This document shows, piece by piece, positions 39,601 to 54,600 of a DNA stretch of 64,000 nt. Below the pieces are notes generated by a model. It did no database searches and was not told the origin of the DNA. It worked only from the letters and a program-made list of their open reading frames with translations. The DNA lies in assembly GCF_004010195.1 (NCBI RefSeq), contig NC_057719.1, positions 66,175,049-66,239,048 on the forward strand, in the 5' to 3' direction. Position numbers and translations under genes: made by a program. The DNA comes from Chiloscyllium plagiosum (taxonomy: Eukaryota). Numbering within the stretch: the stretch's first letter is position 1; every line of letters begins with the position of its first letter.

Positions 39601-42600
39601 ATGCTGCCTGACTTGCTGTGCTTTTCCAGCAACACACATTTAAACCACATCTATATGCAGCAAGACAGCAACCACACATTGGCTTTTAAGTAACAAGTAA
39701 CATTCTCATCACACAAGTGTCCAACAATCACCATTTCGATCAAAAGAAAATCTAACCGTCTCCCCTTGACATTCAATTTTATTACTATCATTGGAACACG
39801 GCACCTCCCCCCACCCCTCCACCAGCTCCCCTACTACCAACATTCCGGGGTCAATAATAACATTGACTTGACCAGTCTTACAAATACTGTGTCTAAACAG
39901 CAGTTCAGAAATTCTTTGGTGACTAATCCACCTCTTAATGCTGCAAACCCCATTCGCCATCTACAAGACAAATCTTGATACCATCCAAGCCAAAGCAACC
40001 TCCTTAATGGAACCTCCTCCAACACTGACGCATAGTGGTAGTTATAGATATCCTCTACAAGATGCACTGCACCAACTCTTCAAAGTTCCTTCAAAAGCAA
40101 CTTCCTAACCCATGACTTTTACCATCTCGAAGGGCAAGAGAAGCAGATTGATTAGAACACCACTATCCGTACTTTTCCCTCCAAGCCACACACTTAGTTA
40201 AAAATCACACAACACCAGGTTATAGTCCAACAGGTTTATTTGGAAGCACTAGCTTTTGGAGCGTTGCTCCTTCATCAGGTGGAATAAGATTGTAAGTCAC
40301 AGAATTTATAGCAAAAGTTTACAGTGTGATGTAACTGAAATTATATATTAAAAAAGACCCAGATTGTTTGTTAAGTCTCTCATCTTTTAGAATGAACATG
40401 TAGGTTTCAGTTCTTTCATGTGTAAATCACAAAACTTTTTTTGGAAGTTAGATTCTCAAGTGCACTTTAACAATTGGTGTCACGTCGGCCCAGATAAGGT
40501 ATTGAAGATGTTAACTCCCTGTGGGGCTGTCTGTGCCACAATGGTCAGACTGATTCTAATCTAAAAAAACGTATTTACAGAATCTTACATGGATTCATGC
40601 AGTTTTTGAGGAAAGTAAAATGTACTTTGCAAGTACAAATTCACCCCACAAACTTGTATGTATACGTGTGCATGTAGGTGTGTGTGTTGCGGGTGAGTGT
40701 CTGTGAGAGGGTGTGTGTATGTGTGGGAGTGTGAGTGTAAAGGGATCTAAGTCTGTGAGAGGGTGAGTGTGGGAGTGTATGAGAGAGGGTCTGATTGTGT
40801 GTGTGTGTCTGTCTGTCTGTCCGTCCGAGCAGAGACTGATAGCCAAGTTCGGTACCCATGGGGATGGCCTCAACTGGGACCTTAGCTTCATGTCACACTA
40901 CAGTTGACTCCATTGCACTATTTACACACACACACACACATCCTCTCTCATACACTCACACATACACTCCTACACACACCCTCTCACAGACTTAAACTCC
41001 TTTACACTCCCACGCATACACACACCCTCTCACAGACACACATAACTCTCCCACCGCCAGCCACCCCACCACACACACGCACGCGCGCGCACACACACAC
41101 ACAAACGTTTGTGGGGTGAATTTGTACTTGCAGAATTAAAGAAAAAGCATACCAAACACCTTCTTCACTATCCTATCTACCTGTGACTCCACTTTCAAGG
41201 AGCTATGAACCTGCACTTCAAGGTCTCTTTGTTCAGCAACAATCCCTAGGACCTTACCATTAGGTATACAAGTCCTGTGAAGATTTGCTTTCCCAAAATG
41301 CAGCACCTCGCATTTATCTGAATTAAACTCCATCTGCCACTTCTCAGTCCATTGACCCATCTGGTCCAGATCCTGTTGTAATCTGAGGTAACCTTCTTCG
41401 GTGTCCACTACACCTCCAATTTTGGTGTCATCTGCAAATTTACTAACTGTACCTCTTATGCCCGCATACAAATCATTCATTTAAATGATGAAAAGGATGG
41501 ACCCAGCACCGATTTTTGTGGCACTCCACTGGGCACAAGCCTCCAGTCTGAAAAATAACCCTCCACCACCACCCTCTGTCTTCTACTTTTGAGCTAGTTC
41601 TGTATCCAAATGGCTAGTTCTCCCTGTATTCCACTAGATCTAACCTTGCTAATCAGTCTCCCATAGAGAACCTTGTCGAAAGCCTTACCGAAGTCCATAT
41701 AGATCACATCTGCTGTCTTGCCCTCATCTATCCTCTTTATTACTTCTTCAAAAAACTCAATCAAGTTTGTGAGACATGATTTCCCACGCACAAAGCCAAG
41801 TTGACTATCCCTAATCAGTCCTTGCCTTTCCAAATACATGTACACGCTGTCCCTCAGAATTCCCTCCAACAACTTGCCCACCACCGACATCAAGCTCACT
41901 GGTCTATAGTTCCCTAGCTTGTCCTTACCATCCTTCTTAAACACTGGCACCATGTTAGCCAACTTCCAGTCTTCCGGCACCTCACCTGTGACTATCGATG
42001 ATACAAATATCTCAGCAAGAGGCCCAGCAAACACTTACCTAGCTTCCCCCAGAATTCTAGGGTACACCTGATCAGGTCCTGGGGATTTATCCACTTTTAT
42101 GCATTTCAAGACATCCAGCACTTCTGGTGAAATACTGTCTATCTTACTTGTCTGTATTTCTTTTCTCTCTAGGTCTACAGTTGTCTATAGTTGTTCCATA
42201 GACTTTTGTTGGATTCACTCTTATCTGTGAATGGTTGCTATTGAATTCTGTCAGATGGTTGGCCAATCACTTCCACTCTTAAATCCCATCTTCAGGAGTG
42301 TTGGAAAGATTTAAAAGTTGGCAATCAACTTGTTTGGCCATATAGCAAACTTTCAATGGTCAATAAGTCCTGATGAGAGACTTGCAGCCAGAACTTCTGA
42401 CCCAGAAGTAAGGATGATTCGACTGTGGCCAGACTGCCTATATCAGTTTAGGGACTCTGATCAATTCTTCACCATGACAGGGTGATAGGCTGAAATATGT
42501 ACAGAATCCAAAACATTTGACCAAAACCACCACCATTTGGAAAGTTTGATATCTGTTCAGCATACTGCGCAAGTCTTAAATCTACAGTATTCTTTGCTCA

Positions 42601-45600
42601 TATGTTATATATTATAGGAAAGCCAGCATGGCTTCAAAATGTGCATTCACTCTGGCATTATGCCCATTTTAAAGTCAGGAGCTTGGCCATAACTTAAGCA
42701 TGTTCTGATCTTGCAGTGAATTTTCTGAGTAGCCTGTCTGGGTGGAACTTAAACTCTGTTAGTAGTTTTAATATGGGCGAGCCAAAGATTGCAGTAAAAA
42801 ATTCTAATTGTCCCAAGCTTTCTTTGTGATCTGATATTTGGGTAGTTGAGACATTTCCCAAGACTGTGGGTAGACATAAGGCTTATATGGAGGTTCAGGC
42901 TTTGAAAAGGTCTCGACCTCCAAATAGGTTACATTTTTATTAAGTTCGTCCTCAATGAGGGAAGCTGCTTCCAAAAACTACAACATTATCCCCCTAGAAC
43001 AAGCTTCATTGCCACATTTTCCAACTTTTTAAAATGGTAAATGCTCAATACAACTATTGGCACACCTTGTTACGAGTCACTAAGTTATCCTCAACACTGA
43101 TCTGATTTTATTCATCAAAGTACTGTCTAAGCATTAGATTACTTGAGAAATATTCTGGCCATCTTTATATACAGTACACACAGATTTCAGTATATTTTTC
43201 TTCTGACTTTGTGCCTTTCTATTTCATTTAGCCTCTGTGTTGGTGTTGTGGTCAATGTGTTGTTGATATTTTGTGGTCAATGAAGTATAGTTTTCAACAT
43301 CTTCAACAAACTCCATGTACTCTCAAACAGCCTTTTCAACAGGAATGTGTGACAATGTAAGTTTCATGTAATCTGATTTCTCCCTGAACATACTTAAGTG
43401 TAGCATCAAATCTAGTCAATCCCTAACAAACACTCTGCACTCTTGGTCCCATAGCATTCAAAAGAGTGACCAGTGATTTGTGATCTGTCTCAATTGTGAA
43501 CTGAAGACCCAAGACATAGTGTGAAAACCTTTCACAAGCTCAAGTAATGGCTAATGCTTCACTTTCAACTATTGTATATCGTAGCTCTGTTTCAGTCAAA
43601 GACACACCATGCACTGGTCTTCAATCACCACTATTGCGAATCTGAAAAAATGTGTTTCTTGTCTCATTAACCATAGTTTTTGCATTCCAATACTATTCAT
43701 TTGATTCTGTCATTTTTCCCAGGAATAGCACTTCATTGTCTTTGACATCTTCAGTCTTTTGAAAGCTACTGGCATTAATAATTTTTCCTTTTGGTTTCTG
43801 AATTGGGGCCATTTTGCTGCATCGTACAGTTTGAAAATATCCCCTCTTTTTTGGAATAGCACTCTGCATTTCTGGCAGTCTTTGTGCCGATGCTGCCTTT
43901 TCCAGTTACAGTGAGAGCACTGAGTAATGGATGGCAGCTGCCTTTCTCAAGCTTTCAATGTTCCGGTGGAAGTATAATTCTACTCCAATACACCATAAAT
44001 TGTCCAGTATCAGTCATTTTTCTCCTCAAAGTTTTCTGTCACATTTAATAAATAAATGATTTTGCTTTCTGATAGCTGCCTGCCTGGTTAACTGCACAAG
44101 CATTGGTAACATTAAATTCTCCCTTGACTGCTGAAATTCTGTTAAAAGCATCTACGATTCACTGCGATTCAGAACTAATTCATCTTTCCAGGATCCATTT
44201 TCACAGCCTGTCAACATAAATTGTTTAATAAGGGAATCAACACTCTCTCCTTATCATTAATTACATCCATTGAATGTTACTCTTTTGAGAATAGTGTTCC
44301 TTCTAAGGCTAATGTATATTTCAAATACTTTCATATCAGCATTTAATGTCACTGACTCTTCATGAGTTCCCGATCTGACAAATATGTCATCTGCAGTGCC
44401 ATCTATGGCATAATGAAGGGTACTGACCTGTTCCTTGCAAGACTTTTCTGCTAATTCTAATACAGTCTTGTACCTTATAAATCTGTAATGCCTGTTCAGC
44501 TATTTCTTAGTTTGAATCAGGGCTCTCACATTTTTGAGGCACTCCAGTAAGGGAGAGGTCTTCTCCATTTGTTCACTTCACTCAAGCCTTCATTTAAGCT
44601 TTGTTACCATTTCCTGCACTGTCCTTTACTTGCAATCATTCTCCTTGTTACTTTTGCTTAACTTGTCATTTCATGGCTGCTTGGCATTTTGGGTCTTAGA
44701 GTCATAGAGTTATACAGCACAGAAACAGACTCTTTAGTCAAATCTTCCATGCCAACCAGACATCCCAATCTCGCCTACTTCCATTTGCCAGCAAATGGCT
44801 CATATCTCTCTAAACCCTTCTTATTCATATACCCATCCAGATGTCTTTTATAAATTGTAATTGTACCAGCCTCCACCACTTCCTCTAGCAGCTCGCTCCA
44901 TCCACACACACATCATCCTCTGCGTGAAAACGTTGCCCTTCAGGTCTCTTTTAAATCTTTCCCCTCTCACCTTAAACCTATGTCCTCTAGTTTTGGACTC
45001 TCCTACCCTGGGAAAAAGACTTTGACTATTCAGCCAATCCATTATCCCCAGGATTTTATAAACCTCTATAAGTTCACACCTCAGCCTTCAACGCAACAGG
45101 GATAATAGCCCCAGCCTATTCAGCATCTCCCTATACTCAAACCCTCAAAACCTGGCAATATCTTTGTAAATCTTTTCTGCACCCTTTCAAGTTTAACAGC
45201 ATTCTTCCTATAGCAGGGAGTTAGCCTGCTGGTAACATATTGAGTGTTACTTATACAACAAAGTGTAACAGTGAGTGGCTCAGTGGTTAGCACTGTTGCC
45301 TCATAGTGCCAGGGATCCGGGTTCGATCTCAGCCTCGGGTGACTCATGTCTGTTTGGAGTTTGCACGATCTCCCCGTGTCTGTGTGGGTATCCTCCAGGT
45401 GCTCTGGTTTCCTCCCACAATCCAAAGATGTGCAGCTTAGGTGAATTGGCCATGCTAAATTGCCCAAAGTGTTCAGGCATGTGTAGGTTACGTGCAATAG
45501 TCAGGGGTAAACATAAAGTAATGGAATGGGTTTGGATGGGCTACTCTTCAGAGGGTCAATGTGGACTTGTTGGGCCGAAGGGCCTGTTTCCACACTGTAG

Positions 45601-48600
45601 AGATTCTAGCCATGAGGCGTCACAAGGTCCATTCTCAGAGAATTTTGTTATCATGTCCCCTTGTATCACTAACAATATAGACTGTCTATACACATATTTA
45701 TCAATAACCCTTTGTACTCAAGTGCCTTACTCTGTTTAAGACATCATTTATATTATCCTCCAATTCTTACACTTTTTTGTCTTCAGAGGCAGTTTATGAC
45801 AAGAAACATTGACAAATTATTTACTTTACATTCTTATATTTGGTCAGGACTTTCAGAATGCATTGTTTTGTGACCATGTATATACCTTATGGTTGCGTCC
45901 ATGTTTATCCAGTAATGAAATAATAGATTTGATATGCCCTTCTTTGATCACATTGAGCGCCTCAGGACTTTCAATCAAGATACAGTGCAAAACCTCCAGG
46001 ATACCTGTGTCAAAAATATAAATCAAAATTGTCAAAGGATGTCAGATATTTCAAAGTGACGTGACAAACCTCTATGTACATGTAACATTTCGAATCAGTT
46101 CTGAAGCGCAGATGTAATCAGTTTACAAAATTATCGTTGCTCATTTTCCTTTCCCCAGAATCAGTTCTCTGGGAAGAAAAAGGCTAAGTTTTTTTCTAAT
46201 GATCTTTCATTTACTGACAAAACCAACCTTTTGCACAGATGAACAAATTGCACTTTTAGTAGAAAATATTTTCTGATTCTCAAATTTCATAACTAGTTTA
46301 TTTGTTTTTGGTGGTTTCTGTGGGAAAGATGGTGGCCAAGAAATCTCCCTGTCCTTCTCAATATTACAGTGCCTTCACTAACCATCTGGGCCATCAGCAT
46401 TAGGAGACAGGGTCTCCATATAAGATCTCATTGTAAGGACAGCGAATCCAAGTTTCCTCAAGTCTTGGGCAGGCACTTCAACTGTTCTTTAGTCAAGTGT
46501 CAGACACATATGGACAAATGTACATTGATACTTGAGGGAGGTGCACGGTTTAAGCAAGACACTAAATATTACAATGTCTCCAATTTAAAGGTTTGAAAGT
46601 GAGTCATTCTTGTGTAATATTTCCAGCATTTACTTTAGCTTAACATTGCATTTCTTTGTTTGCATGTCTATATTAGATATCAAAGAAGAACAGCTTTTTA
46701 GCTCAAAAATAATATTCACACTTTGCTTGATACCATCACTAGGATCAGGAAGAGAAATCATGGGACCTGGTGCTTCTGCTGTTTCTGGCACTCTTATTTC
46801 ACTGATACCTTTAACCCTTCCCCTCACATGCTTTGGAATAGAGAACGAGTCAAAATTCCATCCCAAATAGACTCATAGTCATAGAGATGTACAGCATGGG
46901 AACAGATCCTTCGGTCCAACCGTCCATGCCAACCAGATATCTCAACCCAATCTAGTCCCACCTGCCAGCACCCGGCTCATATCCCTCCAAACCCTTCCTA
47001 TTCATATACCCATCCAAATGCCTCTTAAATGTTGCAATTGTACCAGCCTCCACCACTTCCTCTGGCAACTCATTCCATACACGTACCACACTCTGCGTGA
47101 AAATGTTGNNNNNNNNNNNNNNNNNNNNNNNNNNNNNNNNNNNNNNNNNNNNNNNNNNNNNNNNNNNNNNNNNNNNNNNNNNNNNNNNNNNNNNNNNNNN
47201 NNNNNNNNNNNNNNNNNNNNNNNNNNNNNNNNNNNNNNNNNNNNNNNNNNNNNNNNNNNNNNNNNNNNNNNNNNNNNNNNNNNNNNNNNNNNNNNNNNNN
47301 NNNNNNNNNNNNNNNNNNNNNNNNNNNNNNNNNNNNNNNNNNNNNNNNNNNNNNNNNNNNNNNNNNNNNNNNNNNNNNNNNNNNNNNNNNNNNNNNNNNN
47401 NNNNNNNNNNNNNNNNNNNNNNNNNNNNNNNNNNNNNNNNNNNNNNNNNNNNNNNNNNNNNNNNNNNNNNNNNNNNNNNNNNNNNNNNNNNNNNNNNNNN
47501 NNNNNNNNNNNNNNNNNNNNNNNNNNNNNNNNNNNNNNNNNNNNNNNNNNNNNNNNNNNNNNNNNNNNNNNNNNNNNNNNNNNNNNNNNNNNNNNNNNNN
47601 NNNNNNNNNNNNNNNNNNNNNNNNNNNNNNNNNNNNNNNNNNNNNNNNNNNNNNNNNNNNNNNNNNNNNNNNNNNNNNNNNNNNNNNNNNNNNNNNNNNN
47701 NNNNNNNNNNNNNNNNNNNNNNNNNNNNNNNNNNNNNNNNNNNNNNNNNNNNNNNNNNNNNNNNNNNNNNNNNNNNNNNNNNNNNNNNNNNNNNNNNNNN
47801 NNNNNNNNNNNNNNNNNNNNNNNNNNNNNNNNNNNNNNNNNNNNNNNNNNNNNNNNNNNNNNNNNNNNNNNNNNNNNNNNNNNNNNNNNNNNNNNNNNNN
47901 NNNNNNNNNNNNNNNNNNNNNNNNNNNNNNNNNNNNNNNNNNNNNNNNNNNNNNNNNNNNNNNNNNNNNNNNNNNNNNNNNNNNNNNNNNNNNNNNNNNN
48001 NNNNNNNNNNNNNNNNNNNNNNNNNNNNNNNNNNNNNNNNNNNNNNNNNNNNNNNNNNNNNNNNNNNNNNNNNNNNNNNNNNCTAAATTGCCCGTAGTGT
48101 TAGGTAAGGGGTAAATGTAGGGGTATGGGTGGGTTTCGCTTCGGCGGGTCGGTGTGGACTTGTTGGGCCGAAGGGCCTGTTTCCACACTGTAATGTAATC
48201 TAATCTAAAAAAAAGCCATGTTGACTATCCCAATCAGTCCTTGCCTTTCCAAATACATGTACATCCTGTCCCTCAGGATTCCTTCCAACAACTTGCCCAC
48301 CACTGAGGTCAGGCTCACCAGTCTATATTTCCCTGGCTGTTCTTTACCGCCCTTCTTAAACATTGGCATCACGTTTGCCAACCTCCAGTCTTCCGGCACC
48401 TCACCTGTGACTATCGATGATACAAATATCTCAGCAAGAGGCCCAGCAAGCACTTCTCTAGCTTCCCACAGAGTTCTCAGGTACACCTGATCAGGTCCTG
48501 GGGATTTATCCACCTTTAACCGTTTCAAGACATCCAGCACTTCCTCCTCTGTAATCTGAACATTTTGCAAGATGTCACCATTTATTTCCCTACAGTCTAT

Positions 48601-51600
48601 ATCTTCCATATCCTTTTCTACAGTAAATACTGATGCAAAATATTCATTTAGTATTTGCTTAATAAATGCTTTTGTGTTTTCCTTGATGGCTATATCTTGT
48701 TTGAATTTGACTCTTTTTCATTCTAACTAATTTACTGAGTAATGCAGGCACAAAGTCTCAGCACCTATTGTCATACAGGGCATCTGGAGTTGTACATGAA
48801 CAGAATTAAAAGAATATATCAATATCCTCAATAATTATCAACTCCCTATTAAATCTAAAGCCACAATGTACAATGAAGACATTACTGTCTGAGATGCCAC
48901 AGTATTTAAATTGTCAAAAGGCAGTTGGTGTTTGTAAGCAATTTTTTTTCTAAAATCAATTACACACTACTATATTGAAAAAGCCATCACTTTGAACACA
49001 CCTTCCTGAGATAGATTAGGTCAAAGCTATCACATTTCAATCACATATGCACAACAAGATATGTTAACCATGCAGTTACTATACCTTTCACTCTGATTTC
49101 AGTCTCAGATGTGAACTTAACAATTCACATGATAGTTCTATTCATATGCAGTCTTAACGTAGCAATTCTACCTTCATTTGTGAGGAATTTATTACCTCAG
49201 TGATTTCAATTTTTCTTGGCTCCCACTGAGATAAGATTTTTTTTTCATTTGTTCACGGGAGGTGGATGTCACTGGTTATGCTAGCATTTATTGCCCATTC
49301 TTAATTGCACAGTGTTCTTTTATTGACAGGCTTTAAACCATTTACTCTGTTTTTATTTCACCTGCCTCCCACACCAATCTTCATCCAACCTCCCTTTCTA
49401 CGTCTCTCCTCATTTCACAGCCTCTCTCCCTGCATTGTCTCTCCCCTCACAAGTGCAGCCTCTTTTAAGGTCCCTTTCCTCCAACCCTGCAGTCACGCCC
49501 ACTCTCTATTCCACCCTTCCGTCTCTTTCTCTCTTCCATACTCTGTCCCACTCAGCCTCCCATGCTCTCTCCTCCTCAACCCTGCAGCCTATCCTCTCTC
49601 TTCTTTCTCTGGCAACATTGCAGCCTCCTCCTTCACTTCCTTCTCAACACAACCCCTCCGTCCTCCACTCTCCCTTGTTTCAAGCGACCATTCCTGCAAG
49701 CCTCCCCTTTCACTTCCAGTGACCCTGAAGTCTCCCCTCCATCTCTTCCCACCCCCTGAAATATCCAACCTGTTTCTATCTCTGCCTGAACTGGCAACTA
49801 AAACCGATAAACATGGCACAGAACCAACCCATGGTTGGAAGGGGAGCTCCTCAGAAATTCTTTCCCTATGTTTGGGGTGAGTTTGGCCTCTGCTCCCTTG
49901 TGTTTTGAGTGCTGCGACATGGCCAGTGGCCCAGGTCCCAGTTCAGCATGTTCCCCAGTGATTAGGACCAGGAGCATCCTCCCTCTCCAGGGTTCTGGCC
50001 ATAGCAGAATGTCGGTACATTGATCTTAATGCCTCAATTACTCATTATAGATTCACTGTTTATAGTGTCAGAGACATTAAACATCTTTAAAGAGATTTAG
50101 ATGTGAGAAAAAAGGCTGCATCTTATTGCTGCCAGGGAACCATGCAGGAAAAATTAAAACCAGTAGCAGTCTCATACAAAGATGAAAGTCAAGGCAAATA
50201 GATTGTGTTCCCACAGGAACATTACAATAGCATTAAGCAGGGGATTAGAGATGAACTGCATTGCAATGTTTACATATTGGTTCCTGCATAAATGATATAA
50301 TATGTACAATTCAGCTGTTAAAGTTGTAACTTATTAGCCCACTTATTTAAGTAAATTAATGCGATGGTATATACACTTATTCCATGCCACAAGTGTCAAT
50401 ATTTCAAAATATTCAATGGGCCTAAAATTTCACAGGGTTGCCCTGGTAGTAAATTATGTCCACCAGAACCTAAGTTACTTTTACATAAGCATACACCCTA
50501 CTGAGGTCATCTGAAGGATTGGGTTCGGTTCCCGGCAACTGCAAGGGTGTCGTGGCCGCTGACTGTTTTACCTTAAGACCATTAGACATAGGAGTGGAAG
50601 TAAGGCCATTCGGCCCATCGAGTCCACTCCGCCATTCAATCATGGCTGATGGGCATTTCAACTCCACTTACCTGCATTCTCCCCGTAGCCCTTAATTCCT
50701 TGTGACATCAAGAATTTATCAATTTCTGCCTTGAAGACATTTAGCGCCCCGGCCTCCACTGCACTCTGCGGCAATGAATTCCACAGGCCCACCACTCTCT
50801 GGCTGAAGAAATGTCTCCGCATTTCTGTTCTGAATTTACCCCCTCTAATTCTAAGGCTGTGTCCACGGGTCCTAGTCTCCTCGACTAACGGAAACAATTT
50901 CCTAGCGTCCACCCTCTCCAAGCCATGTATTATCTTCTAAGTTTCTATTAGATCTCCCCTTAATCTTCTAAACTCCAATGAATACAATCACAGGATCCTC
51001 AGCCGTTCCTCATATGTTAGACCTACCATTCCAGGAATCATCTGTGTGAATCTCCGCTGGACACACTCCAGTATGTCCCTCCTGAGGTGTGGGGACCAAA
51101 ACTGGACACAGTACTCCAAATGAGGCCTAACCAGAGCTTTATAAAGTCTCAGGAGCACAACAGTGCTTTTATATTCCAACCCCTTTGAGATAATTGACAA
51201 CATTGCATTCGCATTCTTAATNNNNNNNNNNNNNNNNNNNNNNNNNNNNNNNNNNNNNNNNNNNNNNNNNNNNNNNNNNNNNNNNNNNNNNNNNNNNNNN
51301 NNNNNNNNNNNNNNNNNNNNNNNNNNNNNNNNNNNNNNNNNNNNNNNNNNNNNNNNNNNNNNNNNNNNNNNNNNNNNNNNNNNNNNNNNNNNNNNNNNNN
51401 NNNNNNNNNNNNNNNNNNNNNNNNNNNNNNNNNNNNNNNNNNNNNNNNNNNNNNNNNNNNNNNNNNNNNNNNNNNNNNNNNNNNNNNNNNNNNNNNNNNN
51501 NNNNNNNNNCTCAGCAGCCTCCCTTGTGGCACCTTATCAAAGGCCTTTTGGAAGTCTAGGTAGACCACATCCACTGGGTTTCCCCGGTCTAACCTACTTG

Positions 51601-54600
51601 ACACCTCTTCAAAGAACTCCAACAGGTTTGTCAGGCATGACCTCCCCTTACTAAATCCATGTTGACTTGTTCTAATCCGACCCTGCTCTTCCAAGAATTT
51701 AGAAACCTCATCCTTAACCGTGGATTCTAGAATTTTACCAACAACCGAGGTTAGGCTAATTGGCCTATAATTTTCCATCTTTTGCCTTGATCCTTTCTTG
51801 AACAAGGGAGTTACAACAGCGACCTTCCAATCATCTGGGACTTTCCCCGACTCCAGTGACTTTTGAAAGATTTCAACCAACGCCTCCGCTATCTCCTCAG
51901 CCACCTCCCTCAGAACTCTTAGTGTGCCTTTGCACACTAAAGCTTAAGAGTCTTCAGATTGCATATGCCTCTTGGCAGGAAGTAATCAGTCCTCTATCAA
52001 GTTGAATCAGAACAAATATTTTAAAAAGCTTGAAAAGAACGCACACTTGCTCTGATGTAATGTGCCCAAAACTCATAATTTTGTCTGGAGTTTCCCAAAA
52101 TCAACAGCTCAGGAGAAACACTTGTTGTATTGCCAGCCTACACATGAGTGTTGGTACTGCAAATGAACTCAAATAATACCTGAGCTTTCATCAGTTTCTG
52201 TTACAGAAAATTGCTCAAGATACCTCCCGTGTAATTCCCCATCTCCTGACTTGCTGTCACTCCTACCACAGTAGAATTCTGGCACTGATCAGTGGGGTCA
52301 GAAACCAATAACAAATCAGGGGACTAGGGGTGTAAGGGGGAATGTTCAGAGCAAGACAATTATTAAGGCATGAGATCTCAAGAACAGGTGAAGTGGGTCA
52401 GAATGCCACTTAATAGATAAGTCTCCTGGGCCAGACAGGATAAACCCAAGGCTCTATAGGAAGCAAAGGAAGAGATTGTTATGTCTTTGGCAATGATCTT
52501 TGCATCCTTACTGCCCACTCGAGTACTGCCAGATGATTGGAGGGTGGCAAATGTTATTCCCTTGTTCAAGAAAGGGCATAGGGATAACCCTGGGAATTAC
52601 AGACCTGTCAGTCTTACATCAGTGGTGGGCAAATTACTGGAGAGGATTCTGAGAGACAGGATTTATTATTATTTGGGAAAGCATAGCTTGATTAGAGATA
52701 GTCAGCATGGCTTTATGAGGGGCAGGTCATGCCTCACAAGCCTTATTGAATTATTTGAGGATGTGACAAAACACATTGATGAAGGTAGAGCAGTGGATGT
52801 GACGTACATGGATTTTAACAAGGCATTTGATAAGGTTTCCCATGGTAGGCTCATTCAGAAGGTAAGGAGGCATGGGATAAAGGGAAGTCTGGCTGTATGG
52901 ATACAGAATTGGCTGGCCTTAGAAGACATATGGTGATAGGATATGCAAAGTATTCATTCTGAGGCTCAGTGACCAGTGGTGTTCTGCAGGGATCTGTTCT
53001 GGGACTTCTGCTCTTTGCGATTTTTATAAATGACTTAGATGAGGAAGCAGAAAGGTGGTTTAGTAAGTTTACCAATGACACAAAAGATTGGCAGAGTTGT
53101 GGATAGTATGGAGAGCTGTTGTAGGTTGTAACAGGACATTGACAGGATGCAGAGCTGGACTGAGAAGTGGCAGCTGGAGTTCAGCCTGGAAAAGTGTGAA
53201 GTGATTTATTTTGGAAAGTGGAATTTGAATGCAGATTACAGGTTAAAACCAGGATTCCTGGTAGTGTAGAGGAACAGAGGGATCTTGGGATCCACATCCA
53301 CAGATCTCTCCAAGTTGCCACCCAAGTGAATAGAGTTGTTAGGAAGGCATAAGGTTGTTGGCCTTCATTAGTAGGAGGATTGAGTTTAAGAACCATGAGA
53401 TTATGCTGTACCTCTATATAGCCCTAGTTATACCACACTTGGAATATTGTGTTCAGTTCTGGTCGCCTCATTATAGGAAAGATGTGGAAGCTTTAGAGAG
53501 GGTGCAATCGAGATTTAACAGGATGCTGCATGGACTGGAGTGGTAATGAAGTACGTCTCATGAAGAAAGGTTGAGGTAGCTCGGGCTTTTCTCATTAGAG
53601 CAAAGAAGGATGAGCAGTGACTTCATAGAGATGTACAAGATGATGAGAGGAATAGATAGAGTGGATAGTCAGACAGTATTTTCTTCCCTGAGCGGAAATG
53701 GCTATCATGAGAAGGAATAATTTTAAGGTAATTGGAGGAAGGTTTAGGGGAGATGTCAGAGGTAGATTCTTTACACAGAAAGCAGTGGGTGCATGGAATA
53801 CACTGCCAGCAGTGATAGTAGAGCCAGATACATTAGGGATGTTTAAGTGACTCTTGGATATGCACATGGATAGTAGTAAAATGAAGGGCTGACCATTTTG
53901 TCTGAGTTAGTATTTCAGCACAAATGTTATTAGACACTCATTTTCTTATTAAATACCGGTTTTAATTTTAAAAAAAATTTACTCATGGGATGTGGGTGGC
54001 TCTGGCTAGGTCAGCAGTTATTGCCCATTCCTAATTGCCAAGAGTTAAGAGCCAATCACATTGCTGTGGGTCTGGAGTCATATGTAGGCCAGGCCAGGCA
54101 AAGATAGCAGTTTCCTTCCCTAAAGTGAACCAGATTGATTTTTCCTACAATCAACAATGGATTCATGGTCATTATTAGACTCTTAATTACAGATTTTTTT
54201 ATTGAATTCATATTCCATCATCTGCCCAGATGGGATTTGAACCCAATGTCCCCAGAACGTTCACTATTAGAATATAAGAGCATCCCTTTTTCATGCACAA
54301 ATAAAACACTCCATTACCTGAAGAAGATTCCAATCTGTCTAATTTATTGACCAACCAGTCTAAGTTTTTCGAAAACTTGGCACAGTTGCTACGGTTTCCA
54401 CGTATTAGTGCAGCTAGAGAAAACAGGCAGCATATAACAGATGTGAACTCATGTGAAGCATAGTTTGTCTCAAAATGTAATAACAAAATGCACAAAACCA
54501 TACATAACATGTAGCACAGTAACAGGCTATTTACCCCAAAAGGTTTTCTCGTATTTATGCCTCATTGAGCCTCAGCCTACTTCATTAAGCCTACCAGCAA

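Noticed and set aside
49305..49880. 191-aa Pro/Ser/Leu-rich ORF
   Set aside because: Pyrimidine-rich low-complexity sequence with no recognisable domain or splice context.
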